A stretch of 63,908 bases of DNA, filler included, from Octopus bimaculoides (GCF_001194135.2; 8 parts of 8 records of this genome joined end to end with filler, not necessarily neighbours in it), one strand, 5' to 3'; shown: positions 36,539 to 49,240, numbered from the whole stretch's first letter. Numbers and translations: made by a program. The notes: generated from the letters alone by a model not told the origin.

Positions 36539-37739
36539 CCCACTCTTTAACCCGTCAATCGTGATTTATTTAATTTATATATGTTTCTCGACCTTATATA
36601 CGTATGCGAGATGCTGATTCATTTCTTCTTCTTTCACAACAGTGATATATATTCATTGACATAATCCTTTCTATCTTCCTTATTTTCATTTGTGACGCAT
36701 CTCAAATCAGATTCATGTTACAGATCTAATTCAACGTTTCAACGATTTATCACAATTTCATATTTCTTATCACCGTACAAATTCCTTTATCGATGACACC
36801 ACCCTACGCCTATGCAAAATAAAATTTGAATTCCGTTTCCTTAGAACTGCATATGTTATATTAACAATGTCTACTGATGCAAATTGTGGCAGATACTGTG
36901 TTTGCTTTGAACCACTCCGAAATACAGGCACTGTGCATTAGAAGGAAAGAAAGTTTTCAGCGTTGTTCCTTTGAATTCTTGACAAATTATCAATTCAAAC
37001 CATTGCACACTCAATCTCGATTTGTTAGTCCTAACATAAAAACGATCGTAATAACAATAATAACAGACAAAATCAATATTGATTTAATATGTTAGTTCAC
37101 GGGGAGAACATTCATGTGAGGGTAGAAACGATACGGATTAAATCGGCCTACTGTGTGTTCTATTGATCTCGAAGAGATGAAAGGCGCCCATGAACCCTGT
37201 GGAATTTGAATTTTTAAGGTATTGGGACGAAACTAAATACTGGGATGAATTTAGTGCGTTGCTCCTATCGGTTTCTGACAACTCCCATCCTTTTCTAATA
37301 CAATTGCGATCGTTATCATCAAGGATAATAACAACAATAATACCAATAATAATGGTAATCGTTGTTACCTGGGGATAAAAGGCCTGGAATTTTCAGAAAC
37401 TAAATAAAATGTTTTGGTATTTCAAAGGAGATTATCGATATTCGTTAGAGAGTGGGTTGATAAGAGAGAGAGAGAGAGAGAAGAATCTGAAAAGAGGGAG
37501 AGTGAGAAAAAGAAGAGAGAAATGGACAGAGAGATGTTTGTTTTTTGTTAAAAAGAAAGAGAGGCATTGAAAGGCTTAGATATTGTGAGGGACAGTAAAA
37601 TAGAAGCAAAAATTATGAAACTGTTACGAGATTAAAAGCTATAAAGAAAAAGAAACTTAGGAAAATGCAGAATAGTGTATGGTTGCTTTGGACTATATAT
37701 TATCAGTTTTAACGAGAGGATTATTTTTAGAGTGTATAT

Positions 37740-38530
37740 CTAATGAGATATTTCACAATAGATATGCATCTACAAAAGATATTTTACACTATACTTTAGA
37801 TATTTTATGTAGTTACGTGTACATAATATGTTTTAATGTAGATATGTATCTACTTTAGGCATTTCACTGTAGGTTTTTGCCTACTTTCGGCGTTTTATGT
37901 AGATACTTCTGTATATTGTACATATTTCATTGTAGACACGTATCTACTTCAAGCATTTCACTGCAGATGCTAGTGTATATCATAATAAATTATGTATGTC
38001 CAATAAATATTTCATTGTATATACATGTTCTGCATTTCATATTTCTTATTAAATATTTACGTGTATCAAATATTTCACAATAAATGTTTGTATAGTTTAT
38101 TTACTCCGTCTCAAATATTTTTGCACTTTGGATATTCCACAGTAGATATTTATATACTTCAAATATTCCACAGAAAATACGTATATATTTCAAATATTCC
38201 ACATGAAATATTTTCGTAGTTCACATTTGCTGCACTATATATTTGTGTATTTAGACATGCCACTATAACTAATTGTGTCTTTCAAATTTTTCCATATGAA
38301 AATTTTTTTTTCGTACTTCAGATATTCTAAATTAAATACTTGCGAACTTCACTTATTCCATGGTAAATATTTGTGTCCTTCCGATATTCCACAGCAAACC
38401 CTCATGTAATTCAAAATATTTTACAGTGCATAATTTTGTTCTTGAGATATTCCATGGAAAATATTTTTTTATTTATATTTAAGATTCTCTTCAGTAAATA
38501 TATGCCTACTTTAGATATCCCACTGTAATT
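37740..38530. repeat. Degenerate ~31-bp AT-rich minisatellite
   Basis: Recurrent unit approximately GTAGATATGTATATACTTCAAATATTCCACA; clearest at 38131-38222. Confidence 0.65.
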
Positions 38531-38761
38531 ATTCTTTATAACTTTGCCATACCGACAAGGCTTGGGTAATCGACTGATCTGAATAACCCGCATACATGTT
38601 AAATAGCCCCAGCAATACTAAAACCTTTAGTGACGAAGCACCATAACAACCAATTAAACAGCTCGCTATTCTACCGGTACTGATGTTATTGACACAAATA
38701 ATTCAAATGTAATTTTAAGCCAATGGGTTTTTTTTCTGAAATCTTAACAAAGAAATGTAAC

Positions 38762-38950
38762 TTGATACTGGCTTCACATTTTGGTACAAGGCCATCAATT
38801 TTAACGGAAGGGATAAGTCGATTACATCGATCTCAGTGCTCAACTGTTACTTATTTTATCGACTACTCCGAAAAGATGAATGGGACAGTCGACCTCGGTA
38901 GAAATGCCGCTAGGCGTTTTGCCCGGCGTGCGAACGTTTCTTTCAACTGC
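38762..38950 (-). mobile_element. SINE family A
   Basis: Reverse complement similarity to family A. Confidence 0.75.
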
Positions 38951-38960
38951 ACATCTTAAT

Positions 38961-39152
38961 GTAGGAATCGTTACTGCGCCGGACAAAATCCTTAACAGCA
39001 TTTCTTTTGATTCTATGTGAATTCAAATGCTTCCGAGGTCGACCATGCCTTTCATCCTGTCGGGTCAATAAAATAAGCAACAGTTGAGTACTGGAGTCGA
39101 TGTAATCGACAAGCTGCCCAAATTTCGGACCTTGTGCCTATAGCAAAAAAGA
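38961..39152 (+). mobile_element. SINE family A, head-to-head with the previous copy
   Basis: Family A body and tail. Confidence 0.75.
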
Positions 39153-39180
39153 TAATATTTATTATTAATATTATTCTTAT

Positions 39181-39563
39181 GTGATGAAAACTCGCAGCTT
39201 ATTTTGCTGGGTATGATGGAAGGTGTCAGCTGTTCACAGCCAACAGACTAAGGATTACTGGTCATGCTTCAAGAACCCTGCGCAGAATTCTTGCAGTTCC
39301 AAGCAATGCTGATTTTTGTAATTGTTCTACATTCGCACTTGCACCAATCTTTTTCAGCCATGTTGGTAGTTGAGTACTGATACATTCAATTGACCACAAC
39401 CTTCGTATTTCTCACTTCAAATCATAGCTGTTTATTTTTTTATTCTGCTTTCCCAATGATCCAGTTGTCACTGGGGGATGCTATGTTGATTTATCATGCA
39501 TGTTGTTTCTTTTTATTCACCACAACAATGTCCGGTCAAGTGATCGCACTGGATGAAAGAATC
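39181..39563 (-). mobile_element. R4/Dong-like LINE, 3' terminal fragment (REL domain and 3' UTR)
   Basis: FIQCDH..PDIVVVNKKKQ...LPTWLKKIGASANVEQLQKSALLGTARILRRVLEA*; (TAA)-like sequence on both sides of the element strand. Confidence 0.85.
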
Positions 39564-39575
39564 ATCATCATCATC

Positions 39576-39620
<45 letters not shown>

Positions 39621-39665
39621 GTTGTTGTTGTTGTTGTTGTTGTTTTTGTTTTGTTGTTGTTGATA

Positions 39666-39696
<31 letters not shown>

Positions 39697-39746
39697 TATT
39701 AGTATTAAGTTAGTGAGTTGGCAGAATCATTAGCATATATATATAT

Positions 39747-40553
39747 ACTAGACTACCGGTGACCCGTTGGGTCACCTACAAAGCCTGTGTCTCCTAGCAA
39801 CGGAGTTTTGCTTCGTGGGTTTTTTCTTTCTCAGGTTATTTCGCAGAAAAGACTTGGCTGCTATTTCTTGCATACCCTGCTACTTCGTAACAGATATTTC
39901 GGGGCCTTTATCGCAAATAGCTGTTACGTGGTAGCAGGGCTTGCTAGAAATAGCAGCCAAATTTTGGCGGCGAGTCACGTTGAATGCATTCGAAAAAAAT
40001 TTATGGAAAAAATTATTTCACACTGAGGTAACGAACGGGTCTTTTGCGAAATATTTACAGCATTTTAAAAATCATTTTCACTTTAAAATATTTTATAAAT
40101 ATGTCATTAAAATATTGTCTGTTTAAAGAAAGCTAAAATATAAATAATTATTGCACAAACAGCTTACATTTTTGAAATCACATTTACTTAAAAATATTTT
40201 TAAATGATTAAAATATGATGTTTAACAAACGCGAAAATAGAATTTACTGTAAAAAATAAATCGTACCTTTTTCGTTGTCACGTCAGTGTGTCTCATCGAA
40301 AGGTAAGAGTTGCTTCCCTTTCAGGATTAAATTAATTTCGGAGAATTTTCCCACTGTGCACCGTTTTGGGTATTTACACCATGAAAATCCATAATATCTC
40401 CACAAGCACTTATCCGATTTACGCGAAATTTCTTTTATTCCATTCGTATTTACATTTCAGAGGCAATTTAACTCATAGTATTTTCCCATTATGCACGATT
40501 TTGGCTGGGTAACATTTCAAGCAACCAAGCAAGATTCAAGTTGAATTTTAAAG

Positions 40554-40556
<3 letters not shown>
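39747..40556 (+). mobile_element. Possible non-autonomous Helitron/Helentron-like element
   Basis: Starts ACTAG followed by the perfect hairpin GGTGACCC-GTT-GGGTCACC, bounded by (TA)n on both sides, and interrupts a SINE-A head. No ORF; the class assignment is tentative. Confidence 0.35.
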
Positions 40557-40588
<32 letters not shown>

Positions 40589-42014
40589 TATATATATAAA
40601 TAATATATGTGTATATGCATATATATGTACATGTATGTATATACTTTCATCTACATGTATATATAGATGCATATCTGGGTACATGACGTTGCAAAAAAAC
40701 ATGGACAAAAATGATAAACAGGGTACAGAAATGCGTGTGTGTGTGTGTGTCTGTGTGTGTGTGTATGTATATGCATATACAAAAGTTCCAATCGCTCTGA
40801 GCAATACTTCAGTAATCAAGAACCTGATTAATAGCGAATCAGCCCACATTAAATCATAACGAGATATAAAATATATATGGTTTGATTGAAAAGTTATTTT
40901 GATGGAAAGGTATCCGCCTACTGCTTTGCTCATTAGAGGAGATCTATGAAAAAGACGGTAATCTGTTTTAATCTGCACCATAACTCGGACGATCTCAGAA
41001 ATTCTGACGACTTCACATCGATTGCAAGATTTAGTAAGTCAACACTTCCCACATATGCATAAAAAACATTAGGCTACGCAAATCTCGCAGCGCTAAAGCT
41101 AGTTATTCTTGCTTGGATAACATAAATTTCCAAACCATGCGATATAACACAAAAAACAAACTGTACTGAAGATATTCTAAGTCGCTCTAAAGAAGATGTA
41201 TAATGAGCATGCATAAAACGCTTAGAGAGCATTATAAGAAATTATTATACAGTAGCAAAACCAAACGCTTTTAAGGATCGTCTCCATAAAAACTAAAGCC
41301 TTTTCTTTTAGGTTTAAAATAAAGAAAAGTGTTATCGCTTCTTCTCATTTTATTTCGAAACTCTAGGGTGAAATCTCCACATGTCATATATCTACATACT
41401 GCATTGATGACAGAATTACATCATATTTCAGTGGATCCTAAAACTACGGATCCTACTAAAGTGAGACATTAAGGTATTGAAGTCACCAGCAAAAGCCCTC
41501 AACAGGAAATGCAAAGTATTATCAATATGTGAAACAGATAAATTAGGAAAGTAGCTATGTAGGAACTCCTGCTCTAGCGGATGGGTGTCCACCACTGGAG
41601 ATGAGCACAAATAATTCGAAGATGATGGCGGTTCGTTTCCTTGTTTACAATATATATCGGGTGAAGATGGCATCGATATATATCGGGTGAAGATTGCATC
41701 CTCCTGGGGTTAAAAACAATAGTAACGTCGGTTCCTGAGGAGCAGCTATGGTGAAGTGACGATAAATATTAAACAGATAGTTTTTCCTGAAAAATATCGG
41801 ACGACTAAATACTGTAAGGTACACGAAATATATTTATGGAAATCTACTATTAAGAATCACGCTATCCATTTACGTAGTTGATGAGTTTTACATTAGGCTG
41901 TCTGACCTTATTCACACCACAGTATTCCATCCTGCTTCTCTCTGGTGTGAAACCGTTTCGACCACATGGCCTGTTTGTATCAATGTATATAGTCCTCGTT
42001 ATTTCTATCGTTTA

Positions 42015-42368
42015 TCTTTTATTTGGCTTCGGCCATACTTGGGCAACGCCTTGAAGGGTTTTAGTCGAACATATCGACCCTCGGGACTTATTTTTTAAGT
42101 CTAGTACTTATTTTTTCAGCCCCTTTTGCGGAACCGCTAAGTTACCGGAATGTAAACACACAAACAAATTGTCAAACAGGGGTGGGGGTCGAGAAACTCG
42201 AACACAAACACAGGCTCTCTCAATTTCCTTTAACCAAATCCACTCACAAGGCATTGGTCGGCCTGAGGCCGTAGTAGAAGACACTTACCCAAAGTGCCAC
42301 GCAGAGGGACTGAACACAAAACTATATGTTTGGGAAGCAAGCTTCTCACCACACAGCTACGCCTGTGT
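42015..42368 (-). mobile_element. SINE family B
   Basis: Reverse complement similarity to family B. Confidence 0.75.
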
Positions 42369-42598
42369 TATTTGAACATTTTTTCAAGATATTTTTCTCA
42401 ATAAACATGTATGCATTTTACATATATGTGAAAATCAGTGTAAAGTATAATTAAACACATACACACGCACATACTCAAAAGCAACCACATGCGTATATCT
42501 ATACACTTGATCATTTTATTAGGAAACTTTTTGCGTCGCGCATTTTGCTTTAACAGCTACTAAAAAACAACTAACTAGATAATAAAAATAGAGACATC

Positions 42599-42698
42599 NN
42601 NNNNNNNNNNNNNNNNNNNNNNNNNNNNNNNNNNNNNNNNNNTTAATTAATTAANNNNNNNNNNNNNNNNNNNNNNNNNNNNNNNNNNNNNNNNNNNN
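42599..42698. other. Artificial scaffold joiner
   Basis: 44N-TTAATTAATTAA-44N. Confidence 0.95.
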
Positions 42699-42714
42699 GA
42701 ATATAGATACACAC

Positions 42715-42717
42715 ACA

Positions 42718-42798
<81 letters not shown>

Positions 42799-42815
42799 GT
42801 CTGTCTATCTGTCTG

Positions 42816-42858
<43 letters not shown>

Positions 42859-42860
42859 GT
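42715..42860. repeat. (ATCT)n/(GTCT)n microsatellite
   Basis: Direct reading. Confidence 0.9.
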
Positions 42861-43705
42861 CAGTCTCTCTGTGTGCCTCCCTCAGTATTTATCTTTCTCT
42901 TTCCTTCTCAGTTTTCTTCTCTCTTTCTCTTTGGTCTTTCCTTTTCTCCTTCCCCACCGCTCTTCACACCTCCCCCTCTCTCACTCTCTCTGTCTATCTC
43001 TTCTCCCTCCTCTCTCTCTCTGCGTACATCGACCTCCAGTCCGACTTTTCACACAACGACATTAAACTGTAACATACTATCCTCGTAATCAGAGTCTCGC
43101 CTCTTCTCTTCTAATTTATATGCAAAATCTCGCCCATCAATTGTCGGACATGTTTGAACACTATCAATAGAACTGCATTAATTCTTGTCCAATATCCCAT
43201 TTGATCTCGTCCTAGCGCGATTATCGCCGCTAACATTATACAATTACCCAATGGATGGGCTGTAATTCCTAAATAATTTCGTGCCGTTGCTGACACAAAT
43301 TATAAAGAGACAACAATCACGCCATGAGAAACAGTTCGTCGTCCATTCATTGGTGTGTTGACCGACTCCCAGGTGGTGCCCGTTTTTAGAACCAGATCTC
43401 GCTCATGCGCATTCAATGTCCATCGGGCGTTCTTATTATCTCACCCAGCACAATAAATTGATAGCGAAAACGGTATTATTGTCTGTGTCAGTAAAACAAC
43501 AACAAAATAAATATATAAACAAATAAAGCGGAAAAAGAAAATCTGCATTCAAAATTGGAGTGCTCTAGATATTCCAAAATGTATAATACAAGGTAACTTT
43601 CTCGTTTCGTTCACGTTTGGAGAGGCTTCGTCCATCTCATTAGCTACGGAGCTTTTAACGTTTACCTTCACGGAGGTCTAGACTTGATAATTCCCAAACA
43701 TAAGT

Positions 43706-43754
<49 letters not shown>

Positions 43755-44407
43755 NNNNNNNNNNNNNNNNNNNNNNNNNNNNNNNNNNNNNNNNNNNNNN
43801 NNNNNNNNNNNNNNNNNNNNNNNNNNNNNNNNNNNNNNNNNNNNNNNNNNNNNNNNNNNNNNNNNNNNNNNNNNNNNNNNNNNNNNNNNNNNNNNNNNNN
43901 NNNNNNNNNNNNNNNNNNNNNNNNNNNNNNNNNNNNNNNNNNNNNNNNNNNNNNNNNNNNNNNNNNNNNNNNNNNNNNNNNNNNNNNNNNNNNNNNNNNN
44001 NNNNNNNNNNNNNNNNNNNNNNNNNNNNNNNNNNNNNNNNNNNNNNNNNNNNNNNNNNNNNNNNNNNNNNNNNNNNNNNNNNNNNNNNNNNNNNNNNNNN
44101 NNNNNNNNNNNNNNNNNNNNNNNNNNNNNNNNNNNNNNNNNNNNNNNNNNNNNNNNNNNNNNNNNNNNNNNNNNNNNNNNNNNNNNNNNNNNNNNNNNNN
44201 NNNNNNNNNNNNNNNNNNNNNNNNNNNNNNNNNNNNNNNNNNNNNNNNNNNNNNNNNNNNNNNNNNNNNNNNNNNNNNNNNNNNNNNNNNNNNNNNNNNN
44301 NNNNNNNNNNNNNNNNNNNNNNNNNNNNNNNNNNNNNNNNNNNNNNNNNNNNNNNNNNNNNNNNNNNNNNNNNNNNNNNNNNNNNNNNNNNNNNNNNNNN
44401 NNNNNNN

Positions 44408-44438
<31 letters not shown>

Positions 44439-44454
44439 TCACAAGCACTTATAT

Positions 44455-44800
44455 ACTCTTTAGTCGAGCTAATCGTCCCCAGGACTTATTCTTTGGAAGC
44501 CTAGTACTTATTCTATCAGTCTCTTTCGCCGAACCACTAAGTTATGGGGACGTAAGCACACCAGCATCGGTTGTCAAGCGATGTTGGGGGATGGGACAAA
44601 CACAGACACGCACATACATATATATACATATATACGACGGGCTTCTTTCAGTTTCCGTCTACCAAACCCACTCACAAGGCTTTGGTCGGCCCGAGGCTAT
44701 AGTAGAAGACACTTGCCCAAGGTGCCACGCAGTGGAACTGAACCCGGAACCATGTGTTTGGTAAGCAAACTACTTACCACACAGCCACTCCTACGCCTAT
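44455..44800 (-). mobile_element. SINE family B, low divergence
   Basis: Near-identical head to the 48118-48282 copy. Confidence 0.8.
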
Positions 44801-44977
44801 GTAGTACGCCTATATAGTACAAGAAGATGGAATGAACAGGCTTTAATCCAAATCTTTGTAATTGCTTCTGTGCTGGTAATTGCTGAGTGTTTCACATATT
44901 ATACATATTATTGCATTAATATGATCCAACAATAGATGTGTACCTGCATATGGTAGCCGATACCCATGGAACAGCAG

Positions 44978-45013
<36 letters not shown>

Positions 45014-47579
45014 TTACTTGGAGGCAATGCGTGGCGTTCGATCATATAATAACATAAATAATATATAATTATATGCATATATCCATACATATATGTATAC
45101 ACCGACATCTATATGTATACATACAAGCATATATGGGTACAGGACATCACAAAAAACGTTAAACACAATGAAAAACGAAAACATAAAGACGAAGACAGAA
45201 AACGAACTTTTTTTTCGAACAACGAAAAAAACCCCCCAAAAAACAGAGAAACGAGACATGCAACATAAAGAATTTTACCCTTCTTCAGTTGTCCCTGCTT
45301 CATCTACTCCGCGTTTCGAAGGCAAGGACAAGACTAAAAATATTACTATTTCTCTCGATGTTGTGACATTTAAATTTATAATTTAAGTTTGATTTAAATT
45401 ACATGAATTTAGTATGTTTCCATATTTTGCTTTATCTTTTTCACTAAATAAGTGTAGCTTAATCTTATTCTTGAGACAATTTTAATCATATTGACGATTT
45501 TGAGTTCGACTACAATTTTAGATGTAGTCTCATTCTTTTTAAATCAACATTAAACAGACATTTTAAGCAAAATCCAATGTCATCTTTAAAATTTGCTTAA
45601 TCTGACTTTTAAGTCTAGTTTAATTTCCTAATGTTTAAGAAAGCTTCTCGTTTTCTTAAATCTACTTTCATAGCACTTTAATCTAAACTTAGAATCGAGT
45701 TCCATATTACATCGAAACATATAATTCTTTTATTCTTTTACATGTTTCAGTCATTTTATTGCAGCAGCCATACTGGAGCATTATTAAACTGCGCGTCTTT
45801 TTTTGTTTTGTTCTTACTCTTCGATTTAAATTCAAACTTCTAATTCCGCCATGATTTATCTAGAAGCGATTATTTCCCTTACAATAACCGTCACCAGGGC
45901 ACACCACGTGTTTATTTAACTTAATTTTAAGCGTAAACACATCTTAATTCTAAACCTAATCTAATTGTGAATACTATTGTAATCCAACCCAGTTTTCAAT
46001 TAAACATTTTCTTCCCATTGAAAAATATCAATGCGATCTAGTTTAGTCGACGAAATAAAATAAAAAAAATCTGCTATATGAACGTAAACAAATTAAGTGT
46101 TTTACAATTGAATGTGTCTTGCATATGTAATTTTAATGGTGTGTTTCATATATGTGTTTTACTGATCTAAGTTTGCAGCAACTTATAGCTTACACGTCTA
46201 GGTTTGCTATATCAATTTGTTTATTTGTTTAAGGTTGCTGCATTCGTTAGTTTACAGTCCAATTTTGCTGCATATGTTAGCTTACAGGTTTAAGTATACT
46301 GCAATAATTTTGAATCGAGTAAGGCGTATGTATTTGTTAGCATGTTGGTCAAGTCTTTTTATGTCTGTCAGATTAATATTTTCGTTTTTATCTATGGTGT
46401 CTTCTGTATAGAGTTTAGGCTGAGAAAAAGGAAGTAGAGAAAGCCAAGAAGGAAGGGAACGGAGTGGAAGAGGAGAAAGAAGAAAAGGTGAAGGAGAAGA
46501 AAGAGGAAGAAAACGAGGCGGAAGACGAAGAAGTGAAAAAGGAGGAAGAAGCTGAAGNNNNNNNNNNNNNNNNNNNNNNNNNNNNNNNNNNNNNNNNNNN
46601 NNNNNNNNNNNNNNNNNNNNNNNNNNNNNNNNNNNNNNNNNNNNNNNNNNNNNNNNNNNNNNNNNNNNNNNNNNNNNNNNNNNNNNNNNNNNNNNNNNNN
46701 NNNNNNNNNNNNNNNNNNNNNNNNNNNNNNNNNNNNNNNNNNNNNNNNNNNNNNNNNNNNNNNNNNNNNNNNNNNNNNNNNNNNNNNNNNNNNNNNNNNN
46801 NNNNNNNNNNNNNNNNNNNNNNNNNNNNNNNNNNNNNNNNNNNNNNNNNNNNNNNNNNNNNNNNNNNNNNNNNNNNNNNNNNNNNNNNNNNNNNNNNNNN
46901 NNNNNNNNNNNNNNNNNNNNNNNNNNNNNNNNNNNNNNNNNNNNNNNNNNNNNNNNNNNNNNNNNNNNNNNNNNNNNNNNNNNNNNNNNNNNNNNNNNNN
47001 NNNNNNNNNNNNNNNNNNNNNNNNNNNNNNNNNNNNNNNNNNNNNNNNNNNNNNNNNNNNNNNNNNNNNNNNNNNNNNNNNNNNNNNNNNNNNNNNNNNN
47101 NNNNNNNNNNNNNNNNNNNNNNNNNNNNNNNNNNNNNNNNNNNNNNNNNNNNNNNNNNNNNNNNNNNNNNNNNNNNNNNNNNNNNNNNNNNNNNNNNNNN
47201 NNNNNNNNNNNNNNNNNNNNNNNNNNNNNNNNNNNNNNNNNNNNNNNNNNNNNNNNNNNNNATATATATATACATATACATACGTACATATGTGTGTGTG
47301 TGTATAGAGTGTTTTAAGTGGTGTAGCATTAGCCGGTCCTTATAAGTCACCGAAGTCGTCGAAGGTGCCACGTAGTGGGAAGGAACCCAGAACCATGTGA
47401 TTGCAAAGTGACCTTCTCAACCACACAGCCTTGCCATATATCTTGCGTTTAAGCAATGCACTGATTTCATTCCACGTGGCTTGACAGTTCTTTTGTGCAA
47501 TCACAGCCGATACAATTTGATATCTGCTGTGTACATTATTTCCTTAACGTTACATAACTTAAAGTATACACGCATATAA

Positions 47580-47612
<33 letters not shown>

Positions 47613-48117
47613 GTATGTGTGTGTGTTTATATATACATATATACGTATATATGTATATTTGCATATATATATATATATATATANNNNNNNNNNNNNNNNN
47701 NNNNNNNNNNNNNNNNNNNNNNNNNNNNNNNNNNNNNNNNNNNNNNNNNNNNNNNNNNNNNNNNNNNNNNNNNNNNNNNNNNNNNNNNNNNNNNNNNNNN
47801 NNNNNNNNNNNNNNNNNNNNNNNNNNNNNNNNNNNNNNNNNNNNNNNNNNNNNNNNNNNNNNNNNNNNNNNNNNNNNNNNNNNNNNNNNNNNNNNNNNNN
47901 NNNNNNNNNNNNNNNNNNNNNNNNNNNNNNNNNNNNNNNNNNNNNNNNNNNNNNNNNNNNNNNNNNNNNNNNNNNNNNNNNNNNNNNNNNNNNNNNNNNN
48001 NNNNNNNNNNNNNNNNNNNNNNNNNNNNNNNNNNNNNNNNNNNNNNNNNNNNNNNNNNNNNNNNNNNNNNNNNNNNNNNNNNNNNNNNNNCATACATACA
48101 TATATATACATATATAT

Positions 48118-48282
48118 ACGACGGGCTTCTTTCAGTTTCCGTCTACCAAATCCACTCACAAGGCTTTGGTCAGCCCGAGGCTATAGTAGAAGACACTTGC
48201 CCAAGGTGCCACGCAGTGGGACTGAACCCGGAACCATGTGGTTGGTAAGCAAGCTACTTACCACACAGCCACTCCTGCGCCT
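48118..48282 (-). mobile_element. SINE family B head (remainder in N gap)
   Basis: Reverse complement GGCGCAGGAGTGGCTGTGTGGTAAG...GGGTTCAGTCCCACTGCG has tRNA-like A/B boxes. Confidence 0.8.
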
Positions 48283-48295
48283 ATATATATATATG

Positions 48296-48326
<31 letters not shown>

Positions 48327-48609
48327 GTATATGTATATGTATACATATATATACATATACATATATTAGCATAAGCACACACACACACATACAAATGACT
48401 TATCGCTTATTTGTTTAGTAATTATTGATAAAAGATTGGAATGTATAGCTTCAATAATCAAAGATATCGAACGGATACTCACTCACTCACTCACTCACTC
48501 AATTCATTCACTCATAAACATTTACTCACTCGCTGACTCAATCAATCAAGCAATCAAGCAAACATACAAACAAGCAAATATACAAACGTGATAAAACAGC
48601 GGAACCTAA

Positions 48610-49240
48610 TATTTTGGCGGCTGGTTATGCTGGAAGATTAGAAATGACGTCACGGTAATGTTACCACAACAAACAAAGAGCTAGAGTATCACACAACTTA
48701 ATAGTAAAAGATACGAGTCTGGTGTATTGCTAACAATGTTGACTAACCAAGTTATATAAACAGACTATCTTGTGACAATAGGTACCGCTAGTAAGAAAAT
48801 GGCGGCAAAATATTTTATTACAAAACAAATTTAATAACAATTACGTCTTGTTGTTGTTTAACTTCATGTATTCCAGCTGTGATCATCCCGTTAATGTTTG
48901 AAGGTATAGTGTACCTAGGACTGTGTTACTCTATGTCTTTTCTGAGCACAAAAAAACTCCTTTCGACATCTTCTCAGTTCACCTAACAGTTGGAGGTGGA
49001 GCTGGGTTGAGTTAATGGCTTGTTGGTAATAGAATAAGTGACTTCCGAACAGCATACAGCTTCACATTGCTGCTGAAGTCTACAGTTCTTTCGATTGTCG
49101 CTATGATGAGCTAACAAAAGCAAAAATTAGGCCATCTACTAGTGTTCTAACCTGCATGATGGCTACATTTTAAGCGGGTATGAGATGTTTTGGCGCCGTC
49201 TATTTGGCGCCACTGATTCTACGCTTATTTGACGTCAGAC
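48610..49240. promoter_or_regulatory. Candidate promoter region (CRE, E2F-like and YY1-like motifs)
   Basis: TGACGTCA at 48645-48652 and 49230-49237; TTTGGCG(C/G) at about 48613, 49189 and 49203; AAAATGGCGGC at 48796-48806. Motif clustering only. Confidence 0.3.

Noticed and set aside
41428-41720. Minus-strand AGDFN motif suggesting a LINE APE domain, plus a 25-nt tandem duplication
   Set aside because: Single short motif with no other APE or RT motifs nearby.
45270-45325. Minus-strand CCTTC-GAAAC...CTGAAGA-AGG as a type II hammerhead
   Set aside because: Helix I cannot form, and G8/A9 would be sequestered in the alternative pairing.
46451-46557. Acidic E/K-rich ORF start (MEEEKEEKVKEKKEEENE)
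   Set aside because: Purine-rich (GAA/GAG) low-complexity tract running into a gap; similar tracts occur at 37450 and 56180.
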